A DNA stretch of 64,000 bases from an uncultured Verrucomicrobiae bacterium (GTDB taxonomy: Bacteria > Verrucomicrobiota > Verrucomicrobiia > Chthoniobacterales > Chthoniobacteraceae). Below are positions 11,262 to 21,797 of the stretch, in pieces; position 1 is the first letter of the stretch; every line of letters begins with the position of its first letter. Under the pieces are notes generated by a model. It was not told the DNA's origin and did no database searches. It saw only the letters and a list, made by a program, of their open reading frames with translations. The translations under genes were made by a program, and so were the position numbers. The stretch is taken from the NCBI GenBank assembly GCA_963769025.1, contig CAVYKI010000003.1:1317822-1381821 (forward strand), in the 5' to 3' direction.

Positions 11262-13145
11262 CTATTCGTCCGGCAGCACCTGCTTCACGAGCCGCGCCAC
11301 GCCGTCCCGGGCAAAATCGCTCGCGGGGTACATCTTCTGGGCCTTGAGGTAGTGGGCAAGGCTGGAGCCGACCTGGTCGCGCTTTTCGAGGTCCTCCGCG
11401 CTCCGGATGACTTTCACAAAGTCGCTCGCACGCGTGGTCATGTCCGCCCGCTGCTGGTTAAGCTTTGCGTCATCAGGGAATTCCGTCCACGCGCGCTCGA
11501 GGCCCTCCCACGCGCCGGCGTTGTTGCCCGTGCGCGACATCTCCTCGGCACGCATCAGCGAAGCCTCGATGGTCTCCATGTTCTTCATCACCTTTTCGAG
11601 CGTCTGCTTGCGGTCGGGATTCACCGCCACGGCCGCGATGAAGCGCACCTTGTCGTTCCAAACCTGCCGGAAATTCCGCTGGCTGATGAGCTGGTCGAAC
11701 TCGCCCAGCGCCTTCTGCACGATGTCACTCTGGCTAAAAAGTTTTTCAGTCGCCTCCTTGAATTCCGGATTGTTCGGCCACACCTCGGCGGCGTCGGTGA
11801 GCGCCTTTTCCAGCGTCGGCTTGTCGTTGTTCAGCGCGGCGTCGCGCGCCTTGGCGATGAGCATCCGCGCCTGCACGCGCGCGCCCTCGATGGCCTGCGT
11901 GGGCTTCGAATCGTCAAAGTCATTTGCAACCTTCTTCAGGTCCTTCACGAGTTGCTCCGCGCGGCCGTAGTCGCGCACGTCGATCGCCGACACGAGCTGG
12001 TAGCTCTTCTGCGCAAAATCGAGGCACTTCCGTTTCTTGTCGCGCAGCACGAGCCGCACCTCGGGCATGTACTCGCCGGTCACGAAGACCTCCTGCATCC
12101 GCATCGTCGCGCCATGCATTTCATTTTTCTCGAGCAGGTAATCGAACGCCTTCACGCCCTCGCGCACGTCGCGGATCATCTCGTTCGCCATCGAGTCGAT
12201 GATGCTCACCGTCGGCGGCATGCCCGTGCTCTTGGCAAAAAGATCCGTCGCGTCCTTGCCGAGGTTCAGCTTCGTGTCGCCGTCCGTGAAAAGCGCCCGG
12301 TAGAAGCGCGTCGCCATGAGCACATGCTGGAAGCGCCGCTGGAGGAAGAACTGGACCATCATCGCCTGGAACTCGACCTTCGCCTGCAGCTCCGAGAGCT
12401 CCTTTTTCACCTGGTTGGCCTTGATGCTCGCGAGGCTCTCCGTGAGCCGCCGCGTGTAGCTGGCCGTCTGCGCATCGGTCTGGTTCGCGGGGTTGATCGC
12501 GGAGCCCGTCTTCGGCGCCGCAGCGCCGCCCTTGCCGGTCTGCGGCGTCGCGGGCTTCATCCCCTTTTCCGCATTCACGACGCCGATGTTCCATTCGAGC
12601 TTTCGCGCAGCTTCCTCGAGCGCGTCGTTCGCGGTCGCCAGCCGCGCCACGTTCCGCTGCGCCTGCCAGACCGAGTACACGGCGTCGGCGAGCGAATTGC
12701 ACAGCCGCGCATCGATGTCGTACTGCCCTGCGTACGGCAGCAGCCGGAAAGCCGCGTCGATATTCTTCACCGTGGCCTGCCCCGGCGCGAGCAGTCCCAG
12801 CACCCGGTCGATGATCTGCCGGTACGCCGCCTCTTCCGCATTCGTGGCCTCGGGCGCGTTCAGGAATTTTTCGAACCGCGCCTGAAAGATCCGGTTGTTC
12901 GTCACATTCCAGTTCTTGCCGTTGAAAGTCATCACCTCCGTGCCGGGGTCGAGCACGGGAATCTCCTGGCCAAAAGGCGACCCCGGACCGGGCTTTTTTG
13001 CGCCAGCGGGAGAGCCGCCGCCAGCCGGTGCAGCGGCGGGCTGGCCTCCGCCGCCGGGCGCGGGAGCATCCGGCACCTGCGCGAAGGCCGTGCAGGCGGT
13101 CAGGATCGAAAGGGCGAGGATGCGGCGGGATGCTGGGGTAGCCAT
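11262..13145 (-). CDS. Secreted alpha-helical (TPR-like) hypothetical protein
   Basis: Long ORF, signal peptide from MATPAS, Pro/Gly linker, helical repeats. Confidence 0.65.
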   Translation of the reverse strand: MATPASRRILALSILTACTAFAQVPDAPAPGGGGQPAAAPAGGGSPAGAKKPGPGSPFGQEIPVLDPGTEVMTFNGKNWNVTNNRIFQARFEKFLNAPEATNAEEAAYRQIIDRVLGLLAPGQATVKNIDAAFRLLPYAGQYDIDARLCNSLADAVYSVWQAQRNVARLATANDALEEAARKLEWNIGVVNAEKGMKPATPQTGKGGAAAPKTGSAINPANQTDAQTASYTRRLTESLASIKANQVKKELSELQAKVEFQAMMVQFFLQRRFQHVLMATRFYRALFTDGDTKLNLGKDATDLFAKSTGMPPTVSIIDSMANEMIRDVREGVKAFDYLLEKNEMHGATMRMQEVFVTGEYMPEVRLVLRDKKRKCLDFAQKSYQLVSAIDVRDYGRAEQLVKDLKKVANDFDDSKPTQAIEGARVQARMLIAKARDAALNNDKPTLEKALTDAAEVWPNNPEFKEATEKLFSQSDIVQKALGEFDQLISQRNFRQVWNDKVRFIAAVAVNPDRKQTLEKVMKNMETIEASLMRAEEMSRTGNNAGAWEGLERAWTEFPDDAKLNQQRADMTTRASDFVKVIRSAEDLEKRDQVGSSLAHYLKAQKMYPASDFARDGVARLVKQVLPDE

Positions 13146-13206
13146 AGGAGGAGGAGCTCGCGGAAGATACCCAACCTCCGCCCTGATGCAACGACCGCGC
13201 GGCTCA

Positions 13207-14098
13207 GAGACTGTGCAAAAAGTCTGCACTATGGTCATTTTAGTACTTGTACGAATTGGAGGAATGGGGTGGAAAGCTTGGGATGCCGAACCAAGAACCG
13301 TATCCGAGTGACCTCAATGAAGTGGAATGGGAGCTGTTGCGCCCGCTGGTGAACGTGCCGGCGAAGCTTGGGCGGCCACCGCGCCACGACCGGAGGCTGG
13401 TGCTCAATGCCATCTTCTACGTGGTGCGCAGCGGGTGCGCGTGGCGGCTCTTGCCGCATGACCTGCCGCCGTGGCGGCTGTGCTACTACTACTTTGCCAA
13501 GTGGCGGGAGAACGGGCTCTGGGTGCAAATCAACGATCAGCTGCGCGAGGCCGTGCGCGGGAAAGGCGCGAAAAAAAAGCCCCCAGCGCTGCGATCTTCG
13601 ACGCGCAGAGTGTTAAAGTGGCTAACCACCCCGGAGTGCGAGGCTACGATGCGGGCAAGAAGATCCGAGGGCGAAAACGGCATCTGGTGGTAGACACCCT
13701 GGGGCTCATCCTGGGCGTCGTGGTCACCGGTGCCGATGTCTCCGATCGCGCCGGATCCCTGCAGGTGCTCCCGCCCGTGCTGCGCACCCAGCCACGGCTC
13801 GGACAGCTGTGGGCGGACGCAGGCTACGCGGGCGGCACGCTCGCCGCAGACTTGCGCGCGCACGCCGCCCATCCGGACCTGCGCCTGGACATCATCAAAC
13901 GCAGCGACCCCGCCCCCAAAGGCTTCCAAGTCCAGCCCAAGCGGTGGATCGTCGAACGCACTTTGGGATGGCTCATGCAGGCGCGCAGACTTGCCCGCGA
14001 CTACGAAACCAAAACCGCCTCCAGCCAGGCGATGATCCTCATTCAAGCCTCCCGCATCATGCTGCGCAGACTCGCCAAGTGACTTTTTACACAGTCTC
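13207..14098 (+). mobile_element. IS5-family insertion sequence (IS1031-like), 892 bp
   Basis: 18-bp terminal IRs GAGACTGTGCAAAAAGTC (13207-13224) and GACTTTTTACACAGTCTC (14081-14098), one mismatch; TCA direct repeat at 13204-13206 and 14099-14101. Confidence 0.93.
13283..14082 (+). CDS. IS5 transposase in two ORFs joined by a probable -1 frameshift
   Basis: YPSDL, NAIFYVVRSGCAWRLLPHDLPPW; A8 run at 13571-13578; DAQSVK, GRKRHLVVDTLG, WADAGY, RWIVERTLGW. Confidence 0.92.
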
Positions 14099-14488
14099 TC
14101 AGACCTTTTTCACGCCGAGCGCCTTCAGCACACCCTTGTCGCCGACCTCCACCTTGAACAGCAGCCGCTGGCCTTTCTGGATGTTCACGTCGCGCAATTC
14201 CGCCGGCACGATGAGGCTCACGGGCTCCCCGTCGATCTCGACGGCAATGAGGCGCGCGCTTTTCGAATAGTGAAGCTGTTCTGCGACGACGCCCTCGAGC
14301 CGGTACACGTTTCCGCGGAGCGAATTCGAGTTCTGCATGTAGTCCGCCGCCGGAAATGGCGCGAGCGCGCGAAACGGATCCGACACCGTTCCCTTCAGAG
14401 CCCAGCCGCCCACGATCGCCGCGACGGCGACGGCCGCCGCGATGGCGAACCACGCGGGATTGACGGATGAGCTGGCTCTGCGACCCAT
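14099..14488 (-). CDS. Membrane-anchored hypothetical protein (possible OB fold)
   Basis: N-terminal TM helix then beta-rich domain; its stop codon is the IS target duplication. Confidence 0.65.
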   Translation of the reverse strand: MGRRASSSVNPAWFAIAAAVAVAAIVGGWALKGTVSDPFRALAPFPAADYMQNSNSLRGNVYRLEGVVAEQLHYSKSARLIAVEIDGEPVSLIVPAELRDVNIQKGQRLLFKVEVGDKGVLKALGVKKV

Positions 14489-14581
14489 CCGCGGACGCTA
14501 GGAAACGACATCCGCATTGGCAAAAGGATTCGCGAACCGCGCAATCCTAGACAGGCGGCCATCGGCGGATATCGTTTCGGT

Positions 14582-15145
14582 GTGCGTGAACCGGACACAA
14601 CGTCAACCACCCTCGCGGGCAGCATTCTGATCGCCCATCCGGGGCTGCTGGACCCGAATTTTCACCGATCCGTGATCATCCTGCCGGACCACTCGGTGAC
14701 GGACGGCAGCTTCGGCTTCATCTTGAACCGCCCGACCGGCCGCGTCATTGGCGACCTGCTCGCGGACAAGCCGCTCGGCCAGCTCGCGCGCGTGCCGGTC
14801 CTCAACGGCGGCCCGGTGAGTCCGGACCAGCTCGTCTTGGCGGCGTTCCGATGGCACCCGGGGACGAATGTGCTCGAATGCCGCCACCACATCGCGCTCG
14901 AGGAAGCCGAGCAGCTCGTCACCAAGCAGCACCACACCGTGCGCGCATTTGCGGGCTGCGCAGGCTGGTCCGGCGGGCAGATCGAGGCCGAGCTGGCGCA
15001 ACGTTCGTGGCTCGTGAAAAAGGCGGACCAAGAGGACGTGCTGGAAGTCTCCCGCGCGCCGCTCGTCTGGCGCGACCTCGCGAGCAGCTTCGGCCCGTGG
15101 TTCAAGATGGTCGCCGAGGCCCCCGACGATCCTTCACTGAACTGA
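14582..15145 (+). CDS. YqgE/AlgH family protein
   Basis: LLDPNFHRSVI, GFILNRP, GGPV, AGWSGGQIEAE, PSLN end. Confidence 0.9.
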   Translation: MREPDTTSTTLAGSILIAHPGLLDPNFHRSVIILPDHSVTDGSFGFILNRPTGRVIGDLLADKPLGQLARVPVLNGGPVSPDQLVLAAFRWHPGTNVLECRHHIALEEAEQLVTKQHHTVRAFAGCAGWSGGQIEAELAQRSWLVKKADQEDVLEVSRAPLVWRDLASSFGPWFKMVAEAPDDPSLN

Positions 15146-15172
15146 CCGCGCGGGCACCCGCCGCTGTCTGCG

Positions 15173-18100
15173 CTACGGCGTCACCTGCACGCGATAGAAG
15201 CGCTGGGGACCCGTCGCACCCGCATCGAGGAACGCCCGCACGGTTCCATCGCCCGCCTGTGCCGTGCCGATGTTCGTCCACACCGGCGCGCTGAGCGAAT
15301 CGGCGCGCTGGAGTTGATACGAATGTCCCGCGTACGTCCGGGCCGACAGGGTGAATGTAGTCCCGCTCATGCTCGCCTGCGCTTGCGACAGCGAACTGGA
15401 GTCGATCACCACGCCGTTGTTTTCAAAATCCGCCGGCAGCACCTGCGCGCCCGTGAGCAGGTCGATGACGCCGTTGTTCACGAAGTGCCCGCCCGCGTTC
15501 AGCGTGGCGCCGCCGGTGAAACGCATCGTGCCGTTGTTCACCACTTCTCCCGTGACGCTCAACGTGCCGCTCGTGCAGGTGATCGTGCCCGCGTTCGTCA
15601 GATCGCCGGTGATCGTGCCGCGGCCGGTGAGTGTCGCGGCCGCACTCACTGTCACCTCGGAAGTGGTGATGCTTCCGTTGGCGAGATCGAGCCTCGCGCC
15701 GGCGAGCACCTGGAAGACCGCGCCGCCATTCGCCAGCGAACCGCTGATGCGCAGCGTGCCCTGCTCGACCGTCGTCCCACCATTCCAGGTGCATGCACCG
15801 CTGAGCGTCCACGTGCCCGCTCCGGTCTTCACATAGTTCGTCGTCGTCGCGGTGTTTTGCTCGGCGACGGTGCCTGCGAAAATCACGTCGCCGCCCAACG
15901 GTGTCTTGGCGCCAATCCGATAGGTGAAGTTGCGCCCGCCGGTGACGCCGCCCATGAGCACAGACGAGGAGGTGCCCGCAAGTTCGCCAATCTCGATCGT
16001 CGTGCCGGCACCGCCATTGAGGATGCCGGTGTAGCAGGCATACACTTTGTCGCCGAGGTTGACCGTCGCGAGCGGGAAACCGGGAAAATTGTAATCCGTG
16101 CTCATGCGGAGATCGCCGCTCGTCGGGGTCCCGCCACCCGGCTCGGCATTCCCATCGGTCGTGACGTTGATGATGCCCGTGAAGGCCGACCAGTTGCTGT
16201 AGAGATCGGTCCGGATCCACGGCACACGGAAGTTCAGCGTGCCGCCGCCGGTGAGCGTGCCGTAGAGGTCGCAGCGCGAGTCGGCATTGAACGTGCCCGT
16301 CTGGCCTGCAGGGACGGCGAGCTTGAAGGTCGCGCCGTTGTAGGTGCTGAGGTTCGAAAACATCGAGAGGGTGCCGCCATTGAATGTGATCGCGCCGGTG
16401 CCGAGGCCGTAGGCGTTGGCCGAGTCGTTGCCGAGGAGGATCGTGCTGCCTGCGCCGATCGTGGTCCCGCCGGTGAATGTGTTTCGCCACGAGTAGGTGA
16501 ATGTCGCGGCCGAGTTCGCCGCAGTCACAGGCTGTGAAAACGTGAGCGTCGTGCCGCTGATCGCGGTGATGGTCGTTCCGACGGCGACGCCGTTGCCACT
16601 GACGGACATGCCCGCGGCTAGCCCGGTCGCATCCGTGACGGTCACGGAGGTGCTGTCCGCCGAGTTCGTGGAAGCGATGCCCACCGACGCGGGCAGCGTG
16701 ATCGTGAGCGTGCCCGTGCCGCTCTTTGCGAGGACTGCGTCGCCCGTGATCGCCCCGTTGCCGCTGAAGGTGTAGTTCTTCGCGCTGCTGTTGCTGACGT
16801 TGATTGTCCGGGGCTGGACAAGGCCGGAAATCGCGACCGCCGCACTCGGCGCAGCATCGTCAAACGTGACGGCGTCGACGTTGAGAAAATTCGGCTCCGC
16901 CAGCGTTCCACCCGTCCACCCGTTCGCGGTGGCCGAGGTGTCCACCTGCCAGAGATTGCCCGCGCTGCCGCTCCACGTGAGCGCGACGGCGCTGCCGGTG
17001 ACCTCCAGCCACACGTCGCCGCCCGCTGTGCCTCCCGCGTTGCGTTTCACGGTAAACTTCTGACGGGTGCCGGTCGTTGGCATGTTCGACGCCAGGCTCA
17101 CGCTGGTGATGTTGAGCGGCCCCGTGCCGGGGTTGTCGATGAGCATGTAGTTGCCGGCTCCGAGCACGCCGTCCACCAGGTTGATTTGAAAGTATTGACT
17201 GCCGGAAAGGGCCGCCGTGCCGTTATTGGCGATCACGATCTTGTCGTTCGTGCCAACGGGATTGCTCGTGAGGTCCAACGTGTAGGTCGCGGCTGCTGCC
17301 GTGAGGCCATTGACGGTCAGCGCACCGGGTGACGCGCCGGCATTTGCTCCCGGGGCGATAATTCCACCCGAGGCGACTGTGAGGGTGTTTCCAAGAGCGC
17401 CGTTGAGGGACAAGGTCGCGCCGGATTGGACTGTCACCGGCGTGTTGCCAAGCACACCGTCCACCGCCAGCCGTCCTGCGCTGACGGTCGTCGCGCCCGT
17501 GTAGGTGCTCGTGCCGGCGAGCGCGAGCGTGCCGGTGCCGACCTTGTTGATGTTCGTGACGCTGCCCGAGCCGCCATTGACGATGGCGCCGGAGAAGGTC
17601 GTGTTCGTGTTCAGCCCGCCGATGTTGTAGGTGCTGTTCGTGGTCCCGGTTTGCGTTCCCTGAAGCTGAGTCGCCGTGCCGGTGGCTGAAAGCGAGCCGA
17701 TTTCGATGGGTGTGCTCGTGGTCCCGTTGCGGTTCATGAACTGGCTGCTGCCGCTGCCGAGATCAACCGCCACGGAAGCGCCGCCGAACATCGTGTTCGA
17801 ACTGCCGCCGTTGAGCCGGATTTTGACGTTCCCCGTTCCGAGTTTGATCGATCCGGCGAAGCCGGTCCACGTGCCCGAGAGACTCCACAGATGCGACGAT
17901 GTGCCATTGACGGTGACCTCCTGCGTTCCCGTCCAGTTCCCCGTCATGGTCTGTTGCGACCCCACCGAAATGATGGTCGGAGCATTGAATTCCAACGCAT
18001 TCGCGGTGCCGCTGGCCAGAGTCAGCGATCCACCATTCATGGACATTTTCCCGGTCCCGCCCGCCGAGAAGTTGCTCAACGAGAGCCAGCCCTCGTCCAC

Positions 18101-20113
18101 GGAAACGGACGAAAAGCTGTTCGGCCCCGCATCGCTGAGCGTCAGCGTTCCGGCCCCGCGTTTGATCAGCTCCCCGGTGCTCGCGATCGCTCCCCCGGGG
18201 CCGCTCAATACATAATCGCCAGCCGTCACTGTGACGCTCCCGGGCTGCTGGCCGCCGCTGACGGTGACCGCCTGCTGCGCCACGCCAGTCTCGTCGAACG
18301 TGACGCGGTCGCCGGACGAAAACTCCACGGTCGCGCCGGTTGATTGTTGGATCCAGTTGGATGCGGTGCCGTCCCACAGGTTGCCCGCGCCCTTCCAGAC
18401 GAGGTCGCGCGGCAGCGCGTTGGCCGCCACCACCATCGCAAATGTCTGCGTCCATGTGCTGCCCTCCGAATCCGTGACGGTGAACTCGAAGCGCGCACGG
18501 CCCGGAGTCGTCCCCGCGGTGAAGGTCGCGATGGCGTTGCCCGCGCCGCTCAGGATGACGGAGCCCCCGACGACATTTGCCACCGTAAAAGCCGGCGACG
18601 ACGAAAACCCGCTGGAAAATTTCCGCAGATCGATCGTGAGCACGCTCGGCGAGCCGGTGAGGCTCTTCGGCAAAGTCCCGTGCGGGATCGCGAGGAAGTG
18701 CAGATACTCTTCGAGCCGCGTGTAACCGGCCGGCGTGGCCGCGGGGAAAAACGTCGTCCCGGTGATGAAGCCGCCGCTGCTCGCGAGCGCCGTCGCGTGG
18801 TCGTCCGTGCTGACACTCCATCCCAGCGCCGTCTCGTAGTAATCCGGCATCCCGTCCCGATCCGTGTCGGCCGGAGCAGCCGCCGTCTTCAGCGTGCCGA
18901 AGCCGCTGTTGCTCGCGCCGGTGTCGCTTTCGCGGGTGATATGGAAGCGGGTTCGAGTGACGAGCTTGGTGAGAAGAATGGTGTCCACCTCGTCACGGAG
19001 CGTGCCGGTGTAGCCCGCATCCAGCCGCAACGCGCCGGCATTCGAGACGATTTTTTTGTAAGCAGTCAGCGCGTTGTCGGTCGAGACGCCCGCTGTGGAG
19101 CCCGCGATCGCCGACGCGGACTGCGTGTAGGAAGATCCCTCCACGATGGTGTAGCCCTTGTCAGTGCCGTTGAGGATTCCGTCGCCGTTGTTGTCGGTCA
19201 GATTGCCGCTGAGATGGACGGTGAAGTTCGGCAGTCCGTTCGTCGCGAGCGACGCCTTCTCGAGCGCCTTGCTGCGGATATTTCCCGGCGGGCAGATGAA
19301 GTAGTTCCCGATGACGTTCGCCTTGTAGTTCTGGACGCTCGTCGTGTCCCCCATGATGAAGCCGATGTCCCAGTCAAAGGTCACATTGTTGATCCATTCG
19401 AGCAGCCCGGTCGGGCGCGACTTCGGATTGCGCGTGTGATTGTGCGCCCAGAGGTTGTGATGCGCTGTCGCGTGGTTTTGATCCCAGAGGCCGCCGCACG
19501 AGTGGCTCTCCAGCCCCCACGCATTCAGCGAATATTGCAGCGTCACGTTTTCCGGCGGACTGCCAAAGCTGGACATGTTCTCGTCCGTGCTGAACTGCAT
19601 CGAAACGTGGTCGAGAATTGAGTTCAACGAGCCGCTGTCGAGGTCCACGCAATCGCCGCTCGCGCTCTGTTTCCCGTAGCGGAATCGCACGTGGCGGATC
19701 ACGATGTCGTCGCCGGAGATGCGGAAGAAGTTGTTGTAAAAACCAATCCCGTCTCCCGGCGCGGTCTGGCCGGCGATGGTGACTTTCGAAGCGGTCATGC
19801 GCGTGCCGTTCGATCCGCTTGGAAACCGGATGTAGCCGCTCACGTCGAACACAATCGTGCGTCCCGCGCTCGGCACCGTGGCGATGCCCTCCGCAAACGA
19901 TCCCGTGCCCGAAGCGTTCAGGTTCGTCACATGATACACGTCCCCGTTGCGCCCGCCGACTGCGTAAGCACCGTAGCCCTCTGCGCCGGGGAACGCCGGG
20001 ATCGCGCCGTGCGCGCCGGCGGCGCACGCGAACAGGACCGCGATGAAAAGGCGCGCAACGCGCCGGCTGTTGCGCAGAGGGGAAAAATGGCTGCTGTCGT
20101 CTTGGGGAGGCAT
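15173..20113 (-). CDS. Large secreted pectate lyase (PL1-like) with autotransporter-associated beta-strand repeats
   Basis: AFPGAEGYG, TIAGQTAPGDG, HNHTRNPK, DTDRDGMPD; repeats KVGTGTLAL/KTGAGTWTL; C-terminal RFYRVQVTP. Confidence 0.85.
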   Translation of the reverse strand: MPPQDDSSHFSPLRNSRRVARLFIAVLFACAAGAHGAIPAFPGAEGYGAYAVGGRNGDVYHVTNLNASGTGSFAEGIATVPSAGRTIVFDVSGYIRFPSGSNGTRMTASKVTIAGQTAPGDGIGFYNNFFRISGDDIVIRHVRFRYGKQSASGDCVDLDSGSLNSILDHVSMQFSTDENMSSFGSPPENVTLQYSLNAWGLESHSCGGLWDQNHATAHHNLWAHNHTRNPKSRPTGLLEWINNVTFDWDIGFIMGDTTSVQNYKANVIGNYFICPPGNIRSKALEKASLATNGLPNFTVHLSGNLTDNNGDGILNGTDKGYTIVEGSSYTQSASAIAGSTAGVSTDNALTAYKKIVSNAGALRLDAGYTGTLRDEVDTILLTKLVTRTRFHITRESDTGASNSGFGTLKTAAAPADTDRDGMPDYYETALGWSVSTDDHATALASSGGFITGTTFFPAATPAGYTRLEEYLHFLAIPHGTLPKSLTGSPSVLTIDLRKFSSGFSSSPAFTVANVVGGSVILSGAGNAIATFTAGTTPGRARFEFTVTDSEGSTWTQTFAMVVAANALPRDLVWKGAGNLWDGTASNWIQQSTGATVEFSSGDRVTFDETGVAQQAVTVSGGQQPGSVTVTAGDYVLSGPGGAIASTGELIKRGAGTLTLSDAGPNSFSSVSVDEGWLSLSNFSAGGTGKMSMNGGSLTLASGTANALEFNAPTIISVGSQQTMTGNWTGTQEVTVNGTSSHLWSLSGTWTGFAGSIKLGTGNVKIRLNGGSSNTMFGGASVAVDLGSGSSQFMNRNGTTSTPIEIGSLSATGTATQLQGTQTGTTNSTYNIGGLNTNTTFSGAIVNGGSGSVTNINKVGTGTLALAGTSTYTGATTVSAGRLAVDGVLGNTPVTVQSGATLSLNGALGNTLTVASGGIIAPGANAGASPGALTVNGLTAAAATYTLDLTSNPVGTNDKIVIANNGTAALSGSQYFQINLVDGVLGAGNYMLIDNPGTGPLNITSVSLASNMPTTGTRQKFTVKRNAGGTAGGDVWLEVTGSAVALTWSGSAGNLWQVDTSATANGWTGGTLAEPNFLNVDAVTFDDAAPSAAVAISGLVQPRTINVSNSSAKNYTFSGNGAITGDAVLAKSGTGTLTITLPASVGIASTNSADSTSVTVTDATGLAAGMSVSGNGVAVGTTITAISGTTLTFSQPVTAANSAATFTYSWRNTFTGGTTIGAGSTILLGNDSANAYGLGTGAITFNGGTLSMFSNLSTYNGATFKLAVPAGQTGTFNADSRCDLYGTLTGGGTLNFRVPWIRTDLYSNWSAFTGIINVTTDGNAEPGGGTPTSGDLRMSTDYNFPGFPLATVNLGDKVYACYTGILNGGAGTTIEIGELAGTSSSVLMGGVTGGRNFTYRIGAKTPLGGDVIFAGTVAEQNTATTTNYVKTGAGTWTLSGACTWNGGTTVEQGTLRISGSLANGGAVFQVLAGARLDLANGSITTSEVTVSAAATLTGRGTITGDLTNAGTITCTSGTLSVTGEVVNNGTMRFTGGATLNAGGHFVNNGVIDLLTGAQVLPADFENNGVVIDSSSLSQAQASMSGTTFTLSARTYAGHSYQLQRADSLSAPVWTNIGTAQAGDGTVRAFLDAGATGPQRFYRVQVTP

Positions 20114-20168
20114 GGACAGCCACTCATTCCAAAAACCACGCGGCGGTTAGCAAACGAAGTCAGGCCAG

Positions 20169-21797
20169 TTACGGCCGCCCCTGCTCGTAGATGTGCCGGA
20201 TTTCCTCAGCACTGAGTGCCGTCGAAAGCACCGCCATTTCATCCATGCGACCGTTGAAGTTCGATGGCGGATCCACGCGCTTGGGCGATTTCGCCCGCGC
20301 CCACTCCGGATCGCCGGGGCGCTCCAGACGGGTGCCGATGTCTGCCGCGGAAAGTTGCAGCGGCCCACGCGCGCTCATCACCTTGCTGCCCACGGGTTCA
20401 CCGTCGAGATAGTGCGTCACCGCGCCGGTCCCGCCGTCGAAGACACTGGCGACAAGAATCCACGAGCTGAAATTTTTCGGACCGACAACTGGCGGCGAGT
20501 GAAAAATGTCCCAGCCGCCTTCCGTGGTGGCCGCGGCCGGACGAATTCCCAGACCGATCGCGCCGTCGCCGTAAAGATACCAATGCACTTCGCCGGGCTG
20601 GAAACTGTGTCCCATTACGAGCGAGTTCTGCTTCGCATGAAGGCTCCCGACACGCACCCACGCGAGCAGCGTCAGCGACTCAAACTGTCCAGAAAGCGCG
20701 AACTCCAGCCGGTCTTCCTCGCGCTGGAATGTGAGCGCCTGTTTTCCCGGCCAGCGCCCCTCGGCGGGTTTGCAGCCGACGACCTTCGCGTCGGAACCAT
20801 TGGGTGCTCGCAGCGCTCGATTCGCGATTGCAGCGTTCGAGGCCTCGTCGAAATCCAGGTGCAGCACGGTGGCGGGGTGCCCATCAAGTTGCCGGCTTGC
20901 CATCCTCCATGCGCCGAGCCGGTCGCCCTTTTCGGCAAGCTCGCGGCGCGCAAGCTCGCCCTCGCTCAGGAAGGAAAATGGCCGCGCGGAGATCGTCGTG
21001 GCTGCGCCACTCTCGATGCGCACGGCCTGATTCTCGCGCAAGTGGGCGGCGGATCCCGGCGTGGCCGCGTTGAGAAAATCAACCTGCCCTGCAAAGACGT
21101 GCAGTTCGCCGATGCCAGCGAGCGCCAAGTCGCAGCCAAACTCCGTGCCGATGTCCACGGCAGTGAACTGCGGCGTCTCCACGGAAAAACCGCGCGCCGA
21201 CTGCGGGACATGCGCGCGAAGTTTGCCGGCGCGGAGCGAGCCCGCGTTGTCGCCGCGCACCTCAAACTCCGCCGGCCCTTCCAGCACGACACGCGCGCCG
21301 CGGTCAAAAACCAGGACGACCGCGCCCTTTTTGAGCCGCAGCCAGCCCGGCTTGAGGCGGGCACCGGGAGCCATCGCCCCGGCGCTCCACTTCGCGCCAG
21401 CGGCTTGCGCGAGCGTGGCGACGGCCCCTGGGTTCCATGGCCAAATCACAAGCGCGAGCAATACGACAGCAGCAGCCGCGGCGATTCCCACCGCCCATCG
21501 CACGAACGGAAAGTGGACGATCCTTTTTTCACCAGTCCTCGCTGCCGGAGTCCTCCGCACCGTGCGTGTCACCGCCCGCGGCATCGGCGCGATGCGACGT
21601 TCCGCCTCCGCCGCCTCGCGCCCTGTTTCTTCCTCACCCCATTGCCTGAAAAGCCCCTGCCACTCCGCCGTCTCCCAAAATCGCTGCCGCGCCTCCGCGT
21701 TTTCCCGCAGCACCGCCTGCAGCTCCGCCTTCTCTTCCGCGGCCAGTTCACGGTCGAAATAGCGCTCCATCAGCATGGCAAACCGCTCTTCGTTCAT
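20169..21797 (-). CDS. FecR-like anti-sigma factor with C-terminal LamG domain
   Basis: Anti-sigma N-terminus, TM helix, GARVVLEGPA, DIGTEFG, LHVFAGQV; LamG FNGRMDEMAV. Confidence 0.85.
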   Translation of the reverse strand: MNEERFAMLMERYFDRELAAEEKAELQAVLRENAEARQRFWETAEWQGLFRQWGEEETGREAAEAERRIAPMPRAVTRTVRRTPAARTGEKRIVHFPFVRWAVGIAAAAAVVLLALVIWPWNPGAVATLAQAAGAKWSAGAMAPGARLKPGWLRLKKGAVVLVFDRGARVVLEGPAEFEVRGDNAGSLRAGKLRAHVPQSARGFSVETPQFTAVDIGTEFGCDLALAGIGELHVFAGQVDFLNAATPGSAAHLRENQAVRIESGAATTISARPFSFLSEGELARRELAEKGDRLGAWRMASRQLDGHPATVLHLDFDEASNAAIANRALRAPNGSDAKVVGCKPAEGRWPGKQALTFQREEDRLEFALSGQFESLTLLAWVRVGSLHAKQNSLVMGHSFQPGEVHWYLYGDGAIGLGIRPAAATTEGGWDIFHSPPVVGPKNFSSWILVASVFDGGTGAVTHYLDGEPVGSKVMSARGPLQLSAADIGTRLERPGDPEWARAKSPKRVDPPSNFNGRMDEMAVLSTALSAEEIRHIYEQGRP

